Source: an uncultured Alphaproteobacteria bacterium (GTDB taxonomy: Bacteria > Pseudomonadota > Alphaproteobacteria > Rhizobiales > Rhizobiaceae). From it: DNA of 64,000 bases. Under the pieces are notes generated by a model that worked only from the letters and a program-made list of their open reading frames with translations, made no database searches and was not told the DNA's origin. Of this stretch, positions 34,535-46,562 are shown piece after piece. The stretch is from assembly GCA_963799325.1 (NCBI GenBank), contig CAWCWS010000004.1:430469-494468 (forward strand). The letters run 5' to 3'. Positions within the stretch are counted from its first letter, which is position 1, and each line of letters opens with the position of its first letter. The position numbers and the translations under genes are program-made.

Positions 34535-36571
34535 TTATCGGCCTGATAGAATGTCGAGAATGCTGCGCTTGATCGCGCTTTCCGTCCTGTCCTCCACGAT
34601 GGAGCGGACACGTTGGCGTAGAGTGGCGACTTGCGAGGATCGTTCGACGGCAATTTCACCCTGGCCCGGGCGGAAGGCGGGAAGCGGAACGGTGTCGCCA
34701 TCGGGCATCGCAACCAGCGCGCCGCCACCCGGCAGGGGCCGGTCGGGCAGGCCCAGATGGGCGTCGTTCATGAAACCGGCCCAGATGCGGGCAGGCAGTC
34801 CGCCGCCCGTCACCTTGTTCATCGGAGCGTTGTCGTCGTTGCCGAGCCACACGCCAGTGACGAGATCGGCGGTGAAGCCGACGAACAGGGCATCGCGGAA
34901 ACCCTGGGACGTGCCCGTCTTGCCGCCCGACGCGCGGTTCAATCGTGCCGCTTTGCCAGTGCCTTCGTTCAGCGTTGCCGCAAACAGACGCTGCATCCCG
35001 GCCAATTCCACCCCACCGACGACACGGACCGATGCCGGCCGCTTGCGCTCGTAGAGGCGCTTTCCATCGGCAGTCGTGATCCGCGTTATGAGATACGGCG
35101 CGGCTTTCACGCCACCATTGGCAAAGGGCGCGTGGGAGGCCGTGAGGTCCATCAGCGTGACCTCGGATGTGCCCAGCGCGAGTGACCCGTTTGCTGTGAG
35201 GGGCGTGCCGATGCCGAGCCGTTGCGCCGTATCCGCAACGCGGCGGGGTCCGACCTCCATCGCAAGAAGCGCAGCCACCGTGTTGGTGGACCGCGCAAAG
35301 GCATGTTGCAGCGTGACCGGCCCCTCGTATGTGCGGTTGTAGTTGGCCGGTTCCCACGAGCCATACCGCACGGGCGTGTCACTGCGGATCGTGTCCGCCG
35401 TCAGGCCGGATTCCATCGCAGCAAGATAGACGAAACCCTTGAAGGCACTTCCCGGTTGGCGCTTCGCGTCGGTCGCCCGGTTGAATTGACTGGCGGCGTA
35501 GGAGCGCCCACCGATCAGGGCCCGCACCGCCCCGTCCGGCGCAAGCGCGACCAGCGCGCCCTGCCCGATGCGGTTGGCCTCACCGTTCTCATCGAGCGCC
35601 GTCGTCGAGCGCCTGCTGCGCCGCCGTCATCATGAACGGATCGACAGTGGTTTCAACGATGATGTCGCTGCGTGTGCCCGGCAGACGCTGCGCGACCTCC
35701 TTTGCGATCATGTCGGCCACATAGTTTTCAGGGCCGTCTCGGAAATGTTTGGCGTGCAGGCCCGCCTGTGCCGCGTCGCCGCCGTCATCGGTGCGGTAAC
35801 CCTCGCGTTTCATGGCCGCCAGCACCGTTTGCGCCCGGGCCTGGGCCAAGCCGGCATCGACGGCGGGGCTGTAGCGGGAGGGAGCTTTCAGCAGACCGGC
35901 CAGCAGGGCCGCCTCGGCAATGGTCACATCCCGCGCGCTCTTGCCGAAATAGCGCCGCGCCGCCGCGTCCACGCCGGTCGCGCCCGCGCCGAAATAGACG
36001 CGGTTGAGATAGAGTTCGAGAATTTCAGCCTTGGAATAATTCGCCTCCAGCCAGAAGGCGAGAATGAGTTCCTGTATCTTGCGCGGTATGTTGCGCTCCG
36101 CGGTCAGAAACAGGTTCTTGGCAAGCTGTTGGGTGAGCGTGGAGCCGCCTTGCCGCATGCGACCCGTCGTCAGGTTGACGGCCATCGCGCGGGCAAAACC
36201 GACTGGGTCGAACCCCCAATGGGTGTGGAACCGGTGGTCCTCGATGGCGATGACGGCCTGGGGAATGGCGGGCGCCATTTCCGACAGGCGCAGTTCCTTG
36301 CCCCCCGTCACGCCCCGGTTGGCGAGAAAGGTGCCGTCGGCGGCCATGATCTTCATGTTCGGCGGACGGTCCGGCACGACCCATGTATCGGCGGATGGCA
36401 GAAGGGCTGCGTAGAAGGCGAAGACGCCCGCCACCGCGATGCCGCCCCACAGGCCGCACACGGCTGACCAGTAGAGCGTAAACCGCAGGAACGAGGGTTT
36501 GCGCGTACGACTTCACCGGCAGCGGGCGTCCTGGCTTTACCGCCTGAGGATCTGGTCTGTCGCTTGGCCAA
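34535..36571 (-). pseudogene. class A penicillin-binding protein (transglycosylase/transpeptidase), two frame switches
   Basis: The GT51 part has AIEDHRFHTHWGFDP, GGSTLTQQLAKNL and RKIQELILAFWLE (ORF 35589..36461). The transpeptidase part has QPGSAFKGFVY, SRSTN and KTGTS (ORF 34535..35527). A basic N-terminus MAKRQTRSSGGKAR comes from ORF 36353..36571. The start is uncertain. Confidence 0.8.
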
Positions 36572-36735
36572 GCGGGTGCGCTCCGGTGGATTCGCGCCAC
36601 TCTACGAGCCGCGCTTTTAAGGAGGTGTGAAAGACGCCCTTAACCCTGCCTGCAAACACCCGGTCACACGGCGCATGTGTTTAAGGCGGCTTTCATTCAA
36701 ATTGACGGTAATGGCGCGGATATACCGATTTCCGG

Positions 36736-37881
36736 ATGCGCCTCGCCATGTTCAAGTCCACGCCGATCGCGACACTGCCGCCGAACGCCATGTCAAACGG
36801 GCGTGTGGATTGGGTCGATGCCGCCAAGGGTATCTGCATCATCATGGTGGTCATGATGCACACCACGCTGGGGCTGGAAGAGGTGTCCGGCCAGCAGGGC
36901 TGGATGCACGCGGTCGTTGCGTTTTCGCAGCCGTTCCGCATTCCCGACTTCTTCCTGATTTCCGGTCTGTTCCTGGCCGCGACCATCGACCGTCCGTGGA
37001 AGCTGTATCTCGACCGCAAGGTGCTGCATTTCGTCTATTTCTACGTGTTGTGGGTCGTCATCCAGTTCGCGTTCAAGGGCACGTTTGCGGTGATGGGCGG
37101 CGAAAGCGTTCAGCAGATCGTCAACAATCTCGTCTTCACCATCGTGCAGCCCTTCGGCACGCTCTGGTTCATCTATCTTCTGCCGGTCTTCTTCGTGGTC
37201 ACGAAGCTGTGCCGCGCCGTGCCTTGGGCGCTGCTGGGCACGGCGGCTATTCTGGAAATCCTGCCGACCGATACGACCGCGTTGATCGACTCGATGGCAG
37301 CTTCCTTCGGCGCGTAGACCAGCGAGAATGGCTGGGTGCTGTGGGAAGAGTTCTGCGCCCGTCTCGTCTATTTCGTGGCCGGTTACCTGTTCGCCGCTCA
37401 TATCTTCAAGCTTGCAGCCTGGGCGCGGGCCAATGCCGGGCTGGCGCTCGGCGGTATCGCGCTTTGGGCTGTCGTGAACGGTACGCTGGTCTCGGCAGGC
37501 GTGTCGCATTGGCCGATCGTTTCCCTCGCTCTGGGAGCAGCCGGTGCGCTGGCGATCGTGACGGGGGCCTCGCTCGTCGCCCGCTTGCCGGCCATGCGCC
37601 CGCTGCTACACACCGGTGCCAATTCGATCGTGGTTTATCTCGCCTTCTTCCTGCCGATGATCATCTCGCGCATGGTGGTGCCGAAAGTGCTGCCGATGCT
37701 GGATGCGGGCACCACCGCACTGGTGTGCATCGTCATCGGCGTGGTGACGCCGCTGGTGGGCTACGCCATCGTCAAGCGCATCGGCTTCGGCCTGTTCCTC
37801 TTCCACCGCCCGCAATGGGCGGTGATGAAGGGGACCGGCACGGGCATCGCGCCAAAGGCGGCGTTGCGCGGGGCGGACTAG
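36736..37881 (+). pseudogene. acyltransferase-3 family membrane protein with in-frame TAG at 37315-37317
   Basis: ORFs 36736..37317 and 37336..37881 are in the same frame (37336-36736=600) and separated only by a TAG. Both are polytopic membrane sequence of the acyltransferase_3/OpgC type (RVDWVDAAKGICIIMVVMMH.., FRIPDFFLISGLF). Confidence 0.7.
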
Positions 37882-39263
37882 ATTCGCCAAAGCCTGCAGA
37901 CACTGCGGGCCCACGAGCCGAATGCCCTTGTGAAAACTCTTCAGTTCGTATTTCTCGTTGGGCGAATGGATGGCGTCGTCGGCCAGCGCGAAGCCGATCA
38001 GCAGTGAGTCCATCCCCAACTGACGCTTGAAATTGCCGACGATGGGAATCGACCCGCCACCGGCAATGATGGCGGCTTCCTTGCCCCATTCGTCGGTCAG
38101 CGCCTGCGCCGCCTTCTTCAATTCCGGCAGGTTCCAGTCCAGCTGGGTCGCCGGGTTGCGGCCGTGGGGGATGTAGCTGACGCGGCAATCTTCCGGCAGA
38201 CGGTCCTCGACATGCTTGCGGAAGGCGGCGGCCACCTTGTCGGGATCCTGCTGGCCGACGAGGCGGAACGACACTTTCGCCGAGGCCTTGTGCCGGAATG
38301 ACGGTCTTGAACCCCTCCCCTGTATAACCCCCGTCGATGCCGTTCACTTCCGCTGTGGGGCGGGACCACGTCTGTTCCAGCACGGTGCGGTTGGCTTCGC
38401 CGGAGGGCAGCGACAGGCCCACCGCGCCCAGAAAGTCGCCCGCCGAAAAGCCGAGCGCATCCCACGATTGGCGAACGTCTTCGGGCACGTCCTCCACACC
38501 ATCGTAGAAGCCGTCCAGCGTGACCGAGCCGTCGTCGGCGTGCAGGTCGGCCAGAATGCGGGTCAGAACGTGGATCGGGTTGCGCGCCGCGCCGCCATAA
38601 TAGCCGGAATGGAGATCGCGGGATGCGGCGTGGATCGTCACCTCGTCGGAGGCCATGCCGCGCAGGGCCGTGGTGATGGCAGGCGTGTTGGCGTCCCACA
38701 TATTGGTGTCGCAAACGAGAGCGATATCGGCGCGCAACTCGTCCTTGGCCGGCTTCCAGAAACGGCTCCAGCGAGGGCGAGCCGGACTCCTCCTCCCCCT
38801 CGAACAGGATAGTCACACGGCAGGGCAGCGCGCCGGTCGCCTCCTTCCACCCACGGCAGGCTTCCACGAACGTGAGCAACTGCCCCTTGTCGTCGGACGA
38901 TCCGCGGGCATAAACGCGCTTGGCCCCGTTCACTTCCTTGATGGTCGGCTCGAACGGGTCGGTGTCCCACAATGCGATCGGGTCCACCGGCTGCACGTCG
39001 TAATGGCCGTAGAACAGAACATGCGGAGCGCCTTCAGGCCCGTCATGGTGCGCCACGACCATCGGATGGCCGGGCGTGTCGCGCAGGGATGCGTCGAAGC
39101 CGAGCGCGTTCAACTGGTCCACCAGCGTTTGCGCCGCCTTGCGAACCTCGCCCTTGTAGGCCGGGTCGGTGGAGATGCTCTGCATCCGCAGCAGCGCGAA
39201 CAGGCGTTCTAGCGACCCGTCGAGATTGGCGTCTATCGTGTCGAGAACTGTGTCGAGGCTCAT
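37878..39263 (-). pseudogene. M20/M25/M40 family metallopeptidase (ArgE/DapE/dipeptidase-like), three +1 frame switches
   Basis: The pieces are MSLDTVLDTIDANLDGSLERLFALLRMQSISTDP..FYGHYDVQP..ARGSSDDKGQ..ILFEGEEESGS (ORF 38118..39587), then ..DTNMWDANTPAITTALRG..LHSGYYGG.. (37772..38737), then ..GGGSIPIV..IHSPNEKY.. (37606..38274). After a last switch the C-terminus reads ..GIRSWARSVCRLWRI. Confidence 0.8.
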
Positions 39264-39607
39264 GGTATCCGGCATCCGCATGGCGTTTGCGGACAATTGT
39301 GCTGCATGGCCTGAAAAGAAGAAACCCCGATTTGCCTTTCCCACTGAATGGGGAGGCGAACCGGGGTTCCGACGCTTGTTTCGGATGCTGTCCCGGAGAG
39401 GGGGGAGGGACAGATGCGCGCTTGACCGGCTATGGGGGGAGGGCCGGTCTGCCGGTGCGTCTCCGGCTTGACCCATAGATGGTGAGCGATTGTGGCGGCG
39501 GCAAGGTTTTTTCCCACGCTTTTTCGATGACGAGATCGTGAGGCCTCGTCTGCCCGCCTGCCGTGTGGCACAATCGGGAAAGCGCAATTCCGGACAGCAG
39601 TGAATCC

Positions 39608-42520
39608 ATGAAAAAGGGCGACCATCTCTTTCTCGTCGACGGGTCGGCCTATATTTTCCGCGCCTATCATGCCCTGCCCCCGCTCACCCGCAAGTCGGAC
39701 GGGCTGCCCATCGGCGCGGTTTCGGGCTTTTGCAACATGTTGTGGAAGCTGATGCAGGAGGCACGCGATACCGCCGCCGGGGTCGTGCCGACCCATTTCG
39801 CGGTGATCTTCGACCATTCCTCCACCACGTTCCGCAACGACATCTACCCCGATTACAAGGCCAACCGCTCCGAGCCACCGGACGACCTGCGCCCGCAATT
39901 CGCGCTCATCCGGCAGGCGACGCGGGCGTTCGACGTGCCGTGCATCGAGACGGAAGGGTTCGAGGCCGACGACATCATCGCCACCTATGCCCGCCTCGCG
40001 ACCGCGGCGGGTGCGGACACGACCATCGTGTCGTCCGACAAGGACCTGATGCAGCTGATCGACGATCATGTCGGCATGTATGACACGATGAAGGACGTGC
40101 GGGTGGACGCGAACGCGCGTCTTCGCCAAGTTCGGAGTCGAGCCGGAAAAGATGATCGACATGCAGGCGCTGGCGGGGGATTCCACCGACAACATTCCCG
40201 GCGTCCCGGGCATCGGCCCGAAAACTGCGGCGCAGTTGCTGGACGAATACGGCGATCTGGAAACGCTGCTGGAACGGGCAGGCGAGATCAAGCAGAACAA
40301 GCGGCGCGAGAACCTGATCGAACACGCGGAGCTGGCGCGCATTTCCAAGCAGCTTGTGACCTTGCGCACCGACGTGCCGCTGGAGATGGATCTCGACGCG
40401 CTGGCGCTTTCGCCCCCCAACGGGCCGCGGCTGATTGCATTCCTGAAGGGTCTGGAACTCAATTCCGTCACGCGGCGGGTGGCTGCGGACACGGAAACGG
40501 ACGCTTCTGCCATTGAGCCGGACGATGTGAGTGTCGATGGCTACGAGGAACGCGGACCGGACCTGGATGCTTCAGACGCCGTGGACGATCCGCTGGCGAG
40601 TGACGGCGGCATGACGACGCCGCAGCATCTGGCCGAAAAGCGCAAGCAGGACGCGACTACTACCGCCATCGATACCAGCGCTTACGAGACCGTGCGCGAT
40701 GTCGAGACATTGAAACGCTGGATCGCGGAAGCCCACGACAAGGCGGTCGTCGCGGTCGATACGGAAACCACCTCGCTGGACGCCATGCAGGCCGATCTCG
40801 TCGGTATATCGCTCGCAACCGCACCGGGCCGTGCCTGCTACATTCCGCTCGGCCATACGGTCGGCGAGGGAGACATGTTCGACGGTGTGGGTCTGGCGGA
40901 AGGGCAGATACCGATGGCGGACGCGCTGGCGTTGTTGAAGCCACTGCTGGAAGCGCCGGGCGTGTTGAAGATCGCGCAAAACCTGAAATACGACTGGCTG
41001 GTTCTGTCCCGATACGACATCCATATCGCGCCTTTCGACGATACGATGCTGTTGTCCTACGTGCTGGATGCCGGTCGCTCGAAACACGGTATGGACGCCC
41101 TCTCGCAGGACATTCTCGGCCACACGCCGATCCCGTTCAAGGACGTCGCAGGCTCCGGCAAGAAGCTGGTGACGTTCGACAGGGTGGAGATCGACAAGGC
41201 GTCGACCTATGCCGCCGAGGACGCAGACGTGACGTTGCGCCTGTGGCAGGTGCTGAAAGCGCGGTTGACGGCAGAAGGCATGAACACCGTCTATGAACGC
41301 CTCGAACGGCCTTTGGTCGACGTCATCTGCCGCATGGAAGCGCGGGGCATTTCGGTGGACCGGCAAATCCTGTCGCGGCTGTCGGGCGAGATGGCGCAAA
41401 AGGCGGCGGGTTTGGAGGACGAGGTTTATGAACTCGTCGGCCACAAGTTCAACATCGGCTCGCCGCGCCAGCTGGGCGAAATCCTGTTCGACCAGATGGG
41501 CCTGCCCGGGGGCAAGAAGACCAAGTCCGGCCAGTATTCCACCACCGCGCAGGTGCTGGAAGATTTAGCCGCCGAAGGCCACGAACTGCCCCGGCGCATC
41601 GTCGACTGGCGTCAGCTTTCCAAGCTGAAATCCACCTATACCGACGCCCTGCCGACCTACATTCACCCGCAGACGAAACGCGTTCACACGTCCTATGCGA
41701 TGGCGTCCACCTCCACGGGGCGGCTGTCGTCGAGCGAACCGAACCTGCAGAACATTCCGGTCCGAACGGAGGCGGGACGCAAGATACGTACGGCCTTCAT
41801 CGCCGAACCGGGCAACAAGCTGCTGTCGGCGGACTACAGCCAGATCGAATTGCGGGTGCTCGCCCACGTTGCCGACATTCCGCAACTGAAACAGGCATTC
41901 GCCGACGGCATCGACATCCACGCGATGACGGCGAGCGAGATGTTCGGCGTGCCGGTGGAAGGCATGGACCCGATGGTGCGGCGGCAGGCCAAGGCGATCA
42001 ATTTCGGCATCATCTACGGCATTTCCGCCTTCGGGCTGGCCAACAATCTCGGCATCGGTCGAGCCGAGGCGGGTGACTACATCAAGATGTATTTCGAGCG
42101 CTTCCCGGGCATCCGCGACTATATGGACACGACGAAAAAATTCGCCCGCGAGCATGGCTATGTGGAAACGATTTTCGGTCAGACGCGCCCATTATCCCGA
42201 AATCCGGTCCGCCAACCAGTCCATGCGCGCCTTCAATGAGCGGGCCGCGATCAATGCGCCCATCCAGGGCAGTGCCGCCGACATCATCCGCCGGGCAATG
42301 GTGCGGATGGAAGCGGCCTTGGCCGACGCGAAACTATCGGCGCAGATGCTCTTGCAGGTGCATGACGAACTGATTTTCGAACTGCCGGAGAACGAGGTGG
42401 AGGCCACCATTCCGGTCGTGACCCGTATCATGGAAAACGCCGCGATGCCCGCGCTCGACCTGTCGGTGCCGTTGCAGGTGGACGCGCCGGGCGGCGGACA
42501 ACTGGGACGAGGCGCATTGA
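39608..42520 (+). pseudogene. polA: DNA polymerase I, three +1 frame switches as assembled
   Basis: The 5'-3' exonuclease has MKKGDHLFLVDGSAYIFRAYHA and the 3'-5' exonuclease has VAVDTETTSLD. Polymerase motifs are DYSQIELRVLAH, RRQAKAINFGIIYG and QVHDELIFE. Pieces start at 39563, 40152 and 42073 (mod 3 = 2,0,1). The final piece ends ..VDARAADNWDEAH-TGA at 42518-42520. Switches lie near 40.11, 42.19 and 42.49 kb. Confidence 0.92.
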
Positions 42521-42987
42521 TAGGACCGAAGAAGGCAACAAGCGTCGAACCGCGCGGCAAGAAATCGAACTATCCCGAACCGTTCGCATCCCGCATGGCG
42601 GGGCGTGTCAAACGGCAGTTGGGCGATGCATTCGGCCTCGCCAATTTCGGGGTCAATCTGACGACACTGGAACCCGGTGCGGAATCGGCGCTGCTGCATG
42701 TCCATTCGGTGCAGGACGAGTTCGTCTATGTGCTGGACGGCACGCTGACGCTGGTGACGGAAGACGGCGAGCACATAATGGAACCCGGTGACTGCATTGG
42801 GTTTGCCGCCAACGGTGCCGCGCACCAGTTGGTCAACCGGTCGGACGCGCCCGCAACCTATCTGGAAATCGGCGACCGGTTGCCGGGCGATGCCGGTTCC
42901 TACCCGCGCGACGATCTGATGGCGACGATGACGGACCAAGGCTGGGCCTTCACCCGCAAGGACGGCACGCCTTACGAAAAGAGCTAG
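42517..42987 (+). CDS. cupin domain protein (start uncertain)
   Basis: This is the tail of ORF 42073..42987: ..YPEPFASRMAGRVKRQLGDAFGLANFGVNLTTLEPGAESALLHVHSVQDEFVYVLDG..GFAANGAAHQLVN. That is a cupin_2 pattern with the HxH...E...H region. The only in-frame start after the polA stop region is TTG 42517. Confidence 0.65.
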   Translation: MIGPKKATSVEPRGKKSNYPEPFASRMAGRVKRQLGDAFGLANFGVNLTTLEPGAESALLHVHSVQDEFVYVLDGTLTLVTEDGEHIMEPGDCIGFAANGAAHQLVNRSDAPATYLEIGDRLPGDAGSYPRDDLMATMTDQGWAFTRKDGTPYEKS

Positions 42988-43784
42988 CCCAAGTCCTTGC
43001 CAGCGATGCGATAGACCTGCCCGTCACCGCGCATGAGCGCGTGGAACGACCGGTCCTCGAACAGGCCATCGAACGCCTTGTGGAAGACGTCGAGCCCACC
43101 GGTATAGGCTCCGAAAGAGGGCAGGATCATCCGTGTGCGGGATGCCGCAAAACATGAGCGGCTGACCGCCCTGCCCTTGCGGACGATCCGCGCCTTGGGG
43201 TGCAAGTGCCCCGCGATCTCGCCAGGCGCAGCCCCCACCACCGGCTCGTGGCGCAGGGTCAGTCCGCCGCATTCCAGCACGTCCGCCACCGTGCCTCCGA
43301 AACCGACCGGCGGGGCGGGGTCGTGATTGCCGGTGATCCAGACCCAGTCGCGCCCGTGCATGAGGCCGAGCAGTTTTTCGCGCGCATCCGGTGACAACCG
43401 CAATGCGGCCTGCCTGTCGTGGAACGAGTCCCCCAGCGCCATCACCCGCTTCGGCTGCCAGCGGACAATTGTGGCCGCCAGACGGGATAGGGTGATGGTC
43501 GTGTCGTAGGGCGGCAACATCATGCCGCGGCGGGCGAACGAACTGCCCTTCTCGAAATGCAGGTCCGCCACCAGCAGTGCCTGTTCGGCTGGCCAGTAGG
43601 CAACGCCCTCGCTGTCCGTTACCAGCTCCACCCCGTTGACCGCATGGATACAGGTGCCGGCGTGGTCGGCGAACTGCGCGTCGTTGGCGTGGTTGTCGGC
43701 CGGATGTGCGGCGGCGGTGGACTTCATAAGGGCGTCGCCATCAAAAGGAGGGGATAATCCGCCGGCAGGGTCCGAATCAGACAT
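42984..43784 (-). CDS. pdeM: ligase-associated DNA damage response metallophosphoesterase PdeM
   Basis: 266 aa with LVADLHFEKG, ALGDSFHD, ITGNHD and GHLHP. Confidence 0.75.
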   Translation of the reverse strand: MSDSDPAGGLSPPFDGDALMKSTAAAHPADNHANDAQFADHAGTCIHAVNGVELVTDSEGVAYWPAEQALLVADLHFEKGSSFARRGMMLPPYDTTITLSRLAATIVRWQPKRVMALGDSFHDRQAALRLSPDAREKLLGLMHGRDWVWITGNHDPAPPVGFGGTVADVLECGGLTLRHEPVVGAAPGEIAGHLHPKARIVRKGRAVSRSCFAASRTRMILPSFGAYTGGLDVFHKAFDGLFEDRSFHALMRGDGQVYRIAGKDLG

Positions 43785-43851
43785 GCACCTTCTCTACACC
43801 CTCCCGTCCCGCGCGGTCACCATCGGCGGAATCGGCATACCGAAGACGCGC

Positions 43852-43884
43852 AAACAAAAGGCCCCGGTGCGGTGCACCGGGGCC
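43852..43884 (-). terminator. rho-independent terminator of pnp
   Basis: A perfect 11-bp stem GGCCCCGGTGC / GCACCGGGGCC with a 3-nt loop, followed on the minus strand by TTTTGTTTG. It lies 30 nt after the pnp stop. Confidence 0.75.
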
Positions 43885-43913
43885 ATTGTCATTCTCGACA
43901 ATGAAAACGACAA

Positions 43914-46037
43914 TCAGTCTTCGTCGCTTCCTTCGGCAAGTTCTTCGCCGGTTTCCTGATCGACGACTTTCATCGACAGGCGCACCTTGCCGCGATCGTC
44001 GAAGCCCATCAGCTTGACCCAGACCTTGTCGCCCTCGTTGACGACATCGGTGGTCTTGCCCACACGCTCTTCAGCCAGCTGAGAGATGTGGACGAGGCCG
44101 TCCTTGGCCCCGAAGAAGTTCACGAAAGCACCGAAGTCGACGGTCTTGACGACCGTGCCCTGGTAGATTTCGCCGACTTCCGGATCGTCCGTGATGGAGC
44201 GGATCCATTTGACGGCGGCGTCGATGGCCGAACCAACGGAGGATGCGACCTTCACGGTACCATCGTCTTCGATGTTCACCTTGGCACCCGTCTTTTCCAC
44301 GATCTCGCGGATGACCTTGCCGCCGGAGCCGATGACTTCGCGGATCTTGTCGGTGGGGATCTTGAAGGACTCGATACGTGGGGCGAATTCGCCCAGTTCC
44401 GAACGGCCTTCGGTCAGTGCCTTGGCCATTTCGTTCAGGATGGTCTGGCGACCGCCCTTGGCCTGTTCCAGTGCAGCCGTCATGATCTCTTCGGTGATAC
44501 CGGTGATCTTGATGTCCATCTGGAGCGAGGTGATGCCGTCGGCGGTGCCGGCGACCTTGAAGTCCATGTCGCCGAGATGATCCTCGTCACCCAGAATGTC
44601 GGAAAGGACCGCGAAGTCGTCGCCTTCCTTGATGAGGCCCATCGCGATGCCCGCGACCGGTGCCTTCAGCGGAACGCCCGCATCCATGAACGCCAGCGAG
44701 GTGCCGCAAACGGTGGCCATCGAGGACGAACCGTTGGACTCGGTGATCTCGGAGACCGCGCGCAGCGTGTAGGGGAACTCTTCCTTGGATGGCAGAACCG
44801 CTTTCACGGCGCGCCATGCCAGCTTCCCGTGGCCGATTTCGCGGCGGGAGGTGAAGCCGATACGGCCCGTCTCGCCGACCGAATAGGGCGGGAAGTTGTA
44901 GTGCAGCAGGAAGTGTTCCTTGTAGGTGCCCGTCAGCGCATCGATGAACTGCTCATCGTCGGACGTGCCGAGCGTTGCAACCACGATGGCTTGGGTCTCA
45001 CCGCGGGTGAACAGGGCCGAGCCGTGGGTGCGCGGCAGAATGCCGACTTCGGATTCGATGGCGCGCACCGTGTCGAGGTCACGACCGTCGATGCGTTTCT
45101 TGGTCTTGATGATGGAGCCACGAACGACATTGGCCTGCACCTGCTTGAAGACGCTGCCGAAGGTGTTGTTGTCCTCGTCGGAAGACTCTTCGGTCAGGAA
45201 CTTGTCCTTGGCCTTGGCTTTCGCCTCGTCGAGAGCCGCGTAACGGTCCTGCTTGCTGGAGATCGTGTAGGCCTTCTCGATGGCCTTGCCGACGAGTTTC
45301 GTCATCTTGGCTTCGAGATCGGAATTGTCCGGAACGATGTGTTCGCGGGCGGGCTTGGCGCATTTGGAGGCCAGGTCCTTGATGGCTTCAATGACCGGCT
45401 GAAACTCCTCGTGGCCGAACATGACGGCGCCGAGCATCTGCTCCTCGGTCAGGATTTTCGCTTCGGATTCCACCATCAACACGGCATCGGTCGTGCCTGC
45501 AACCACAAGATCGAGCTCACTTTCCGGCATTTCGTCGATGTTGGGGTTGAGGACGTATTCACCCTCGATCAGGCCGACGCGGGCGGCACCGATCGGGCCG
45601 GCAAAGGGCAGGCCCGCGATGGAAAGTGCTGCGGACGTGGCGATCAGCGCCACGATGTCCGGGTTGTTTTCCATGTCGTGCGACAGGACGGTGCAGGTGA
45701 CCTGCGTGTCGTTTTTGTAGCCAGCGGCGAACAGCGGGCGGATCGGGCGGTCGATAAGACGGCAGACCAGCGTTTCAGCTTCGGAAGGGCGCGCCTCGCG
45801 CTTGAAGAAGCCACCGGGAATTTTGCCTGCGGAATAGGCTTTTTCGATGTAGTTGACGGTCAGCGGGAAGAAATCGAGGTGGGGTTTGGGTTTCTTCTCG
45901 GATACGACGTTACACATCACCGTGGTTTCGCCATAGGTGACGAGAACGGACCCGTCGGCCTGACGGGCGACCTGGCCCGTTTCGATGGTGAGCGGACGCC
46001 CGCCCCATTCGATTTCGACGGTGTGTTTTTCAAACAT
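43914..46037 (-). CDS. pnp: polyribonucleotide nucleotidyltransferase (PNPase)
   Basis: The start is taken at [21 protein letters not shown] (M64 of ORF 43914..46226). It is intact at 707 aa, with two RNase PH domains, a KH domain and an S1 domain ([22 protein letters not shown]). Confidence 0.93.
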   Translation of the reverse strand: MFEKHTVEIEWGGRPLTIETGQVARQADGSVLVTYGETTVMCNVVSEKKPKPHLDFFPLTVNYIEKAYSAGKIPGGFFKREARPSEAETLVCRLIDRPIRPLFAAGYKNDTQVTCTVLSHDMENNPDIVALIATSAALSIAGLPFAGPIGAARVGLIEGEYVLNPNIDEMPESELDLVVAGTTDAVLMVESEAKILTEEQMLGAVMFGHEEFQPVIEAIKDLASKCAKPAREHIVPDNSDLEAKMTKLVGKAIEKAYTISSKQDRYAALDEAKAKAKDKFLTEESSDEDNNTFGSVFKQVQANVVRGSIIKTKKRIDGRDLDTVRAIESEVGILPRTHGSALFTRGETQAIVVATLGTSDDEQFIDALTGTYKEHFLLHYNFPPYSVGETGRIGFTSRREIGHGKLAWRAVKAVLPSKEEFPYTLRAVSEITESNGSSSMATVCGTSLAFMDAGVPLKAPVAGIAMGLIKEGDDFAVLSDILGDEDHLGDMDFKVAGTADGITSLQMDIKITGITEEIMTAALEQAKGGRQTILNEMAKALTEGRSELGEFAPRIESFKIPTDKIREVIGSGGKVIREIVEKTGAKVNIEDDGTVKVASSVGSAIDAAVKWIRSITDDPEVGEIYQGTVVKTVDFGAFVNFFGAKDGLVHISQLAEERVGKTTDVVNEGDKVWVKLMGFDDRGKVRLSMKVVDQETGEELAEGSDED

Positions 46038-46562
46038 GCTCATAGGAACTTCGTTCTTTCTCTTGGCGATATCGGGAACACCCGATATCGGCTGTAAGAC
46101 GGCTGGCACCTCGCGCTTCTCGCACGACATCCACCACCGTCCGCGCGGTCGCGGGACGCCTATCGCCCCGCATACGAAAACCGCTTCGTTCGATACTGTT
46201 GGAGACATGCCCCCGGGGAAATCCACTGGAGTTTCCAGGGGGATTCACCCGGTCGCCGGACGCGGGCAAAACCGCGTCCCCTTCGACATCGCACCGCCCA
46301 TCTTTCGAGATGGACGTTTCGTCGGATCCGTCAAGGGCAAGACAATGAGAGGCTTTCCAAACGCGAAAGCCGCCGACAATCCTGCCCCCTGAACCAAGGG
46401 ACCACTCGAACAGCGCAGACGGACCCCCGCCTGCTGGCGTGCGTGTAGCATCGGCGTGGCTGTGAGACAATGGGGCGCACATGCGTCCCGTCGACAGTCC
46501 GGCACAAGCAAATGGTGCCACATTGGGTCGGTTGGAAACCGGTATTGCGTAGAGATAGCCTC

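Noticed and set aside
37878-37881. Convergent gene pairs whose stop codons overlap in the palindrome CTAG. This occurs at acyltransferase/M20 (37878-37881) and cupin/pdeM (42984-42987).
   Set aside because: Both are real in the sequence. However, TAG stops on both strands sharing CTAG is an expected coincidence in compact genomes, so no functional inference is warranted.
46038-46562. A structured ncRNA (SRP, 6S, tmRNA or a riboswitch) in the 525-nt spacer upstream of pnp.
   Set aside because: Only generic GC-rich hairpins were found, and none of the conserved cores of those RNA families. The region is better explained as a pnp leader/promoter region. This remains unverified without covariance-model searches.
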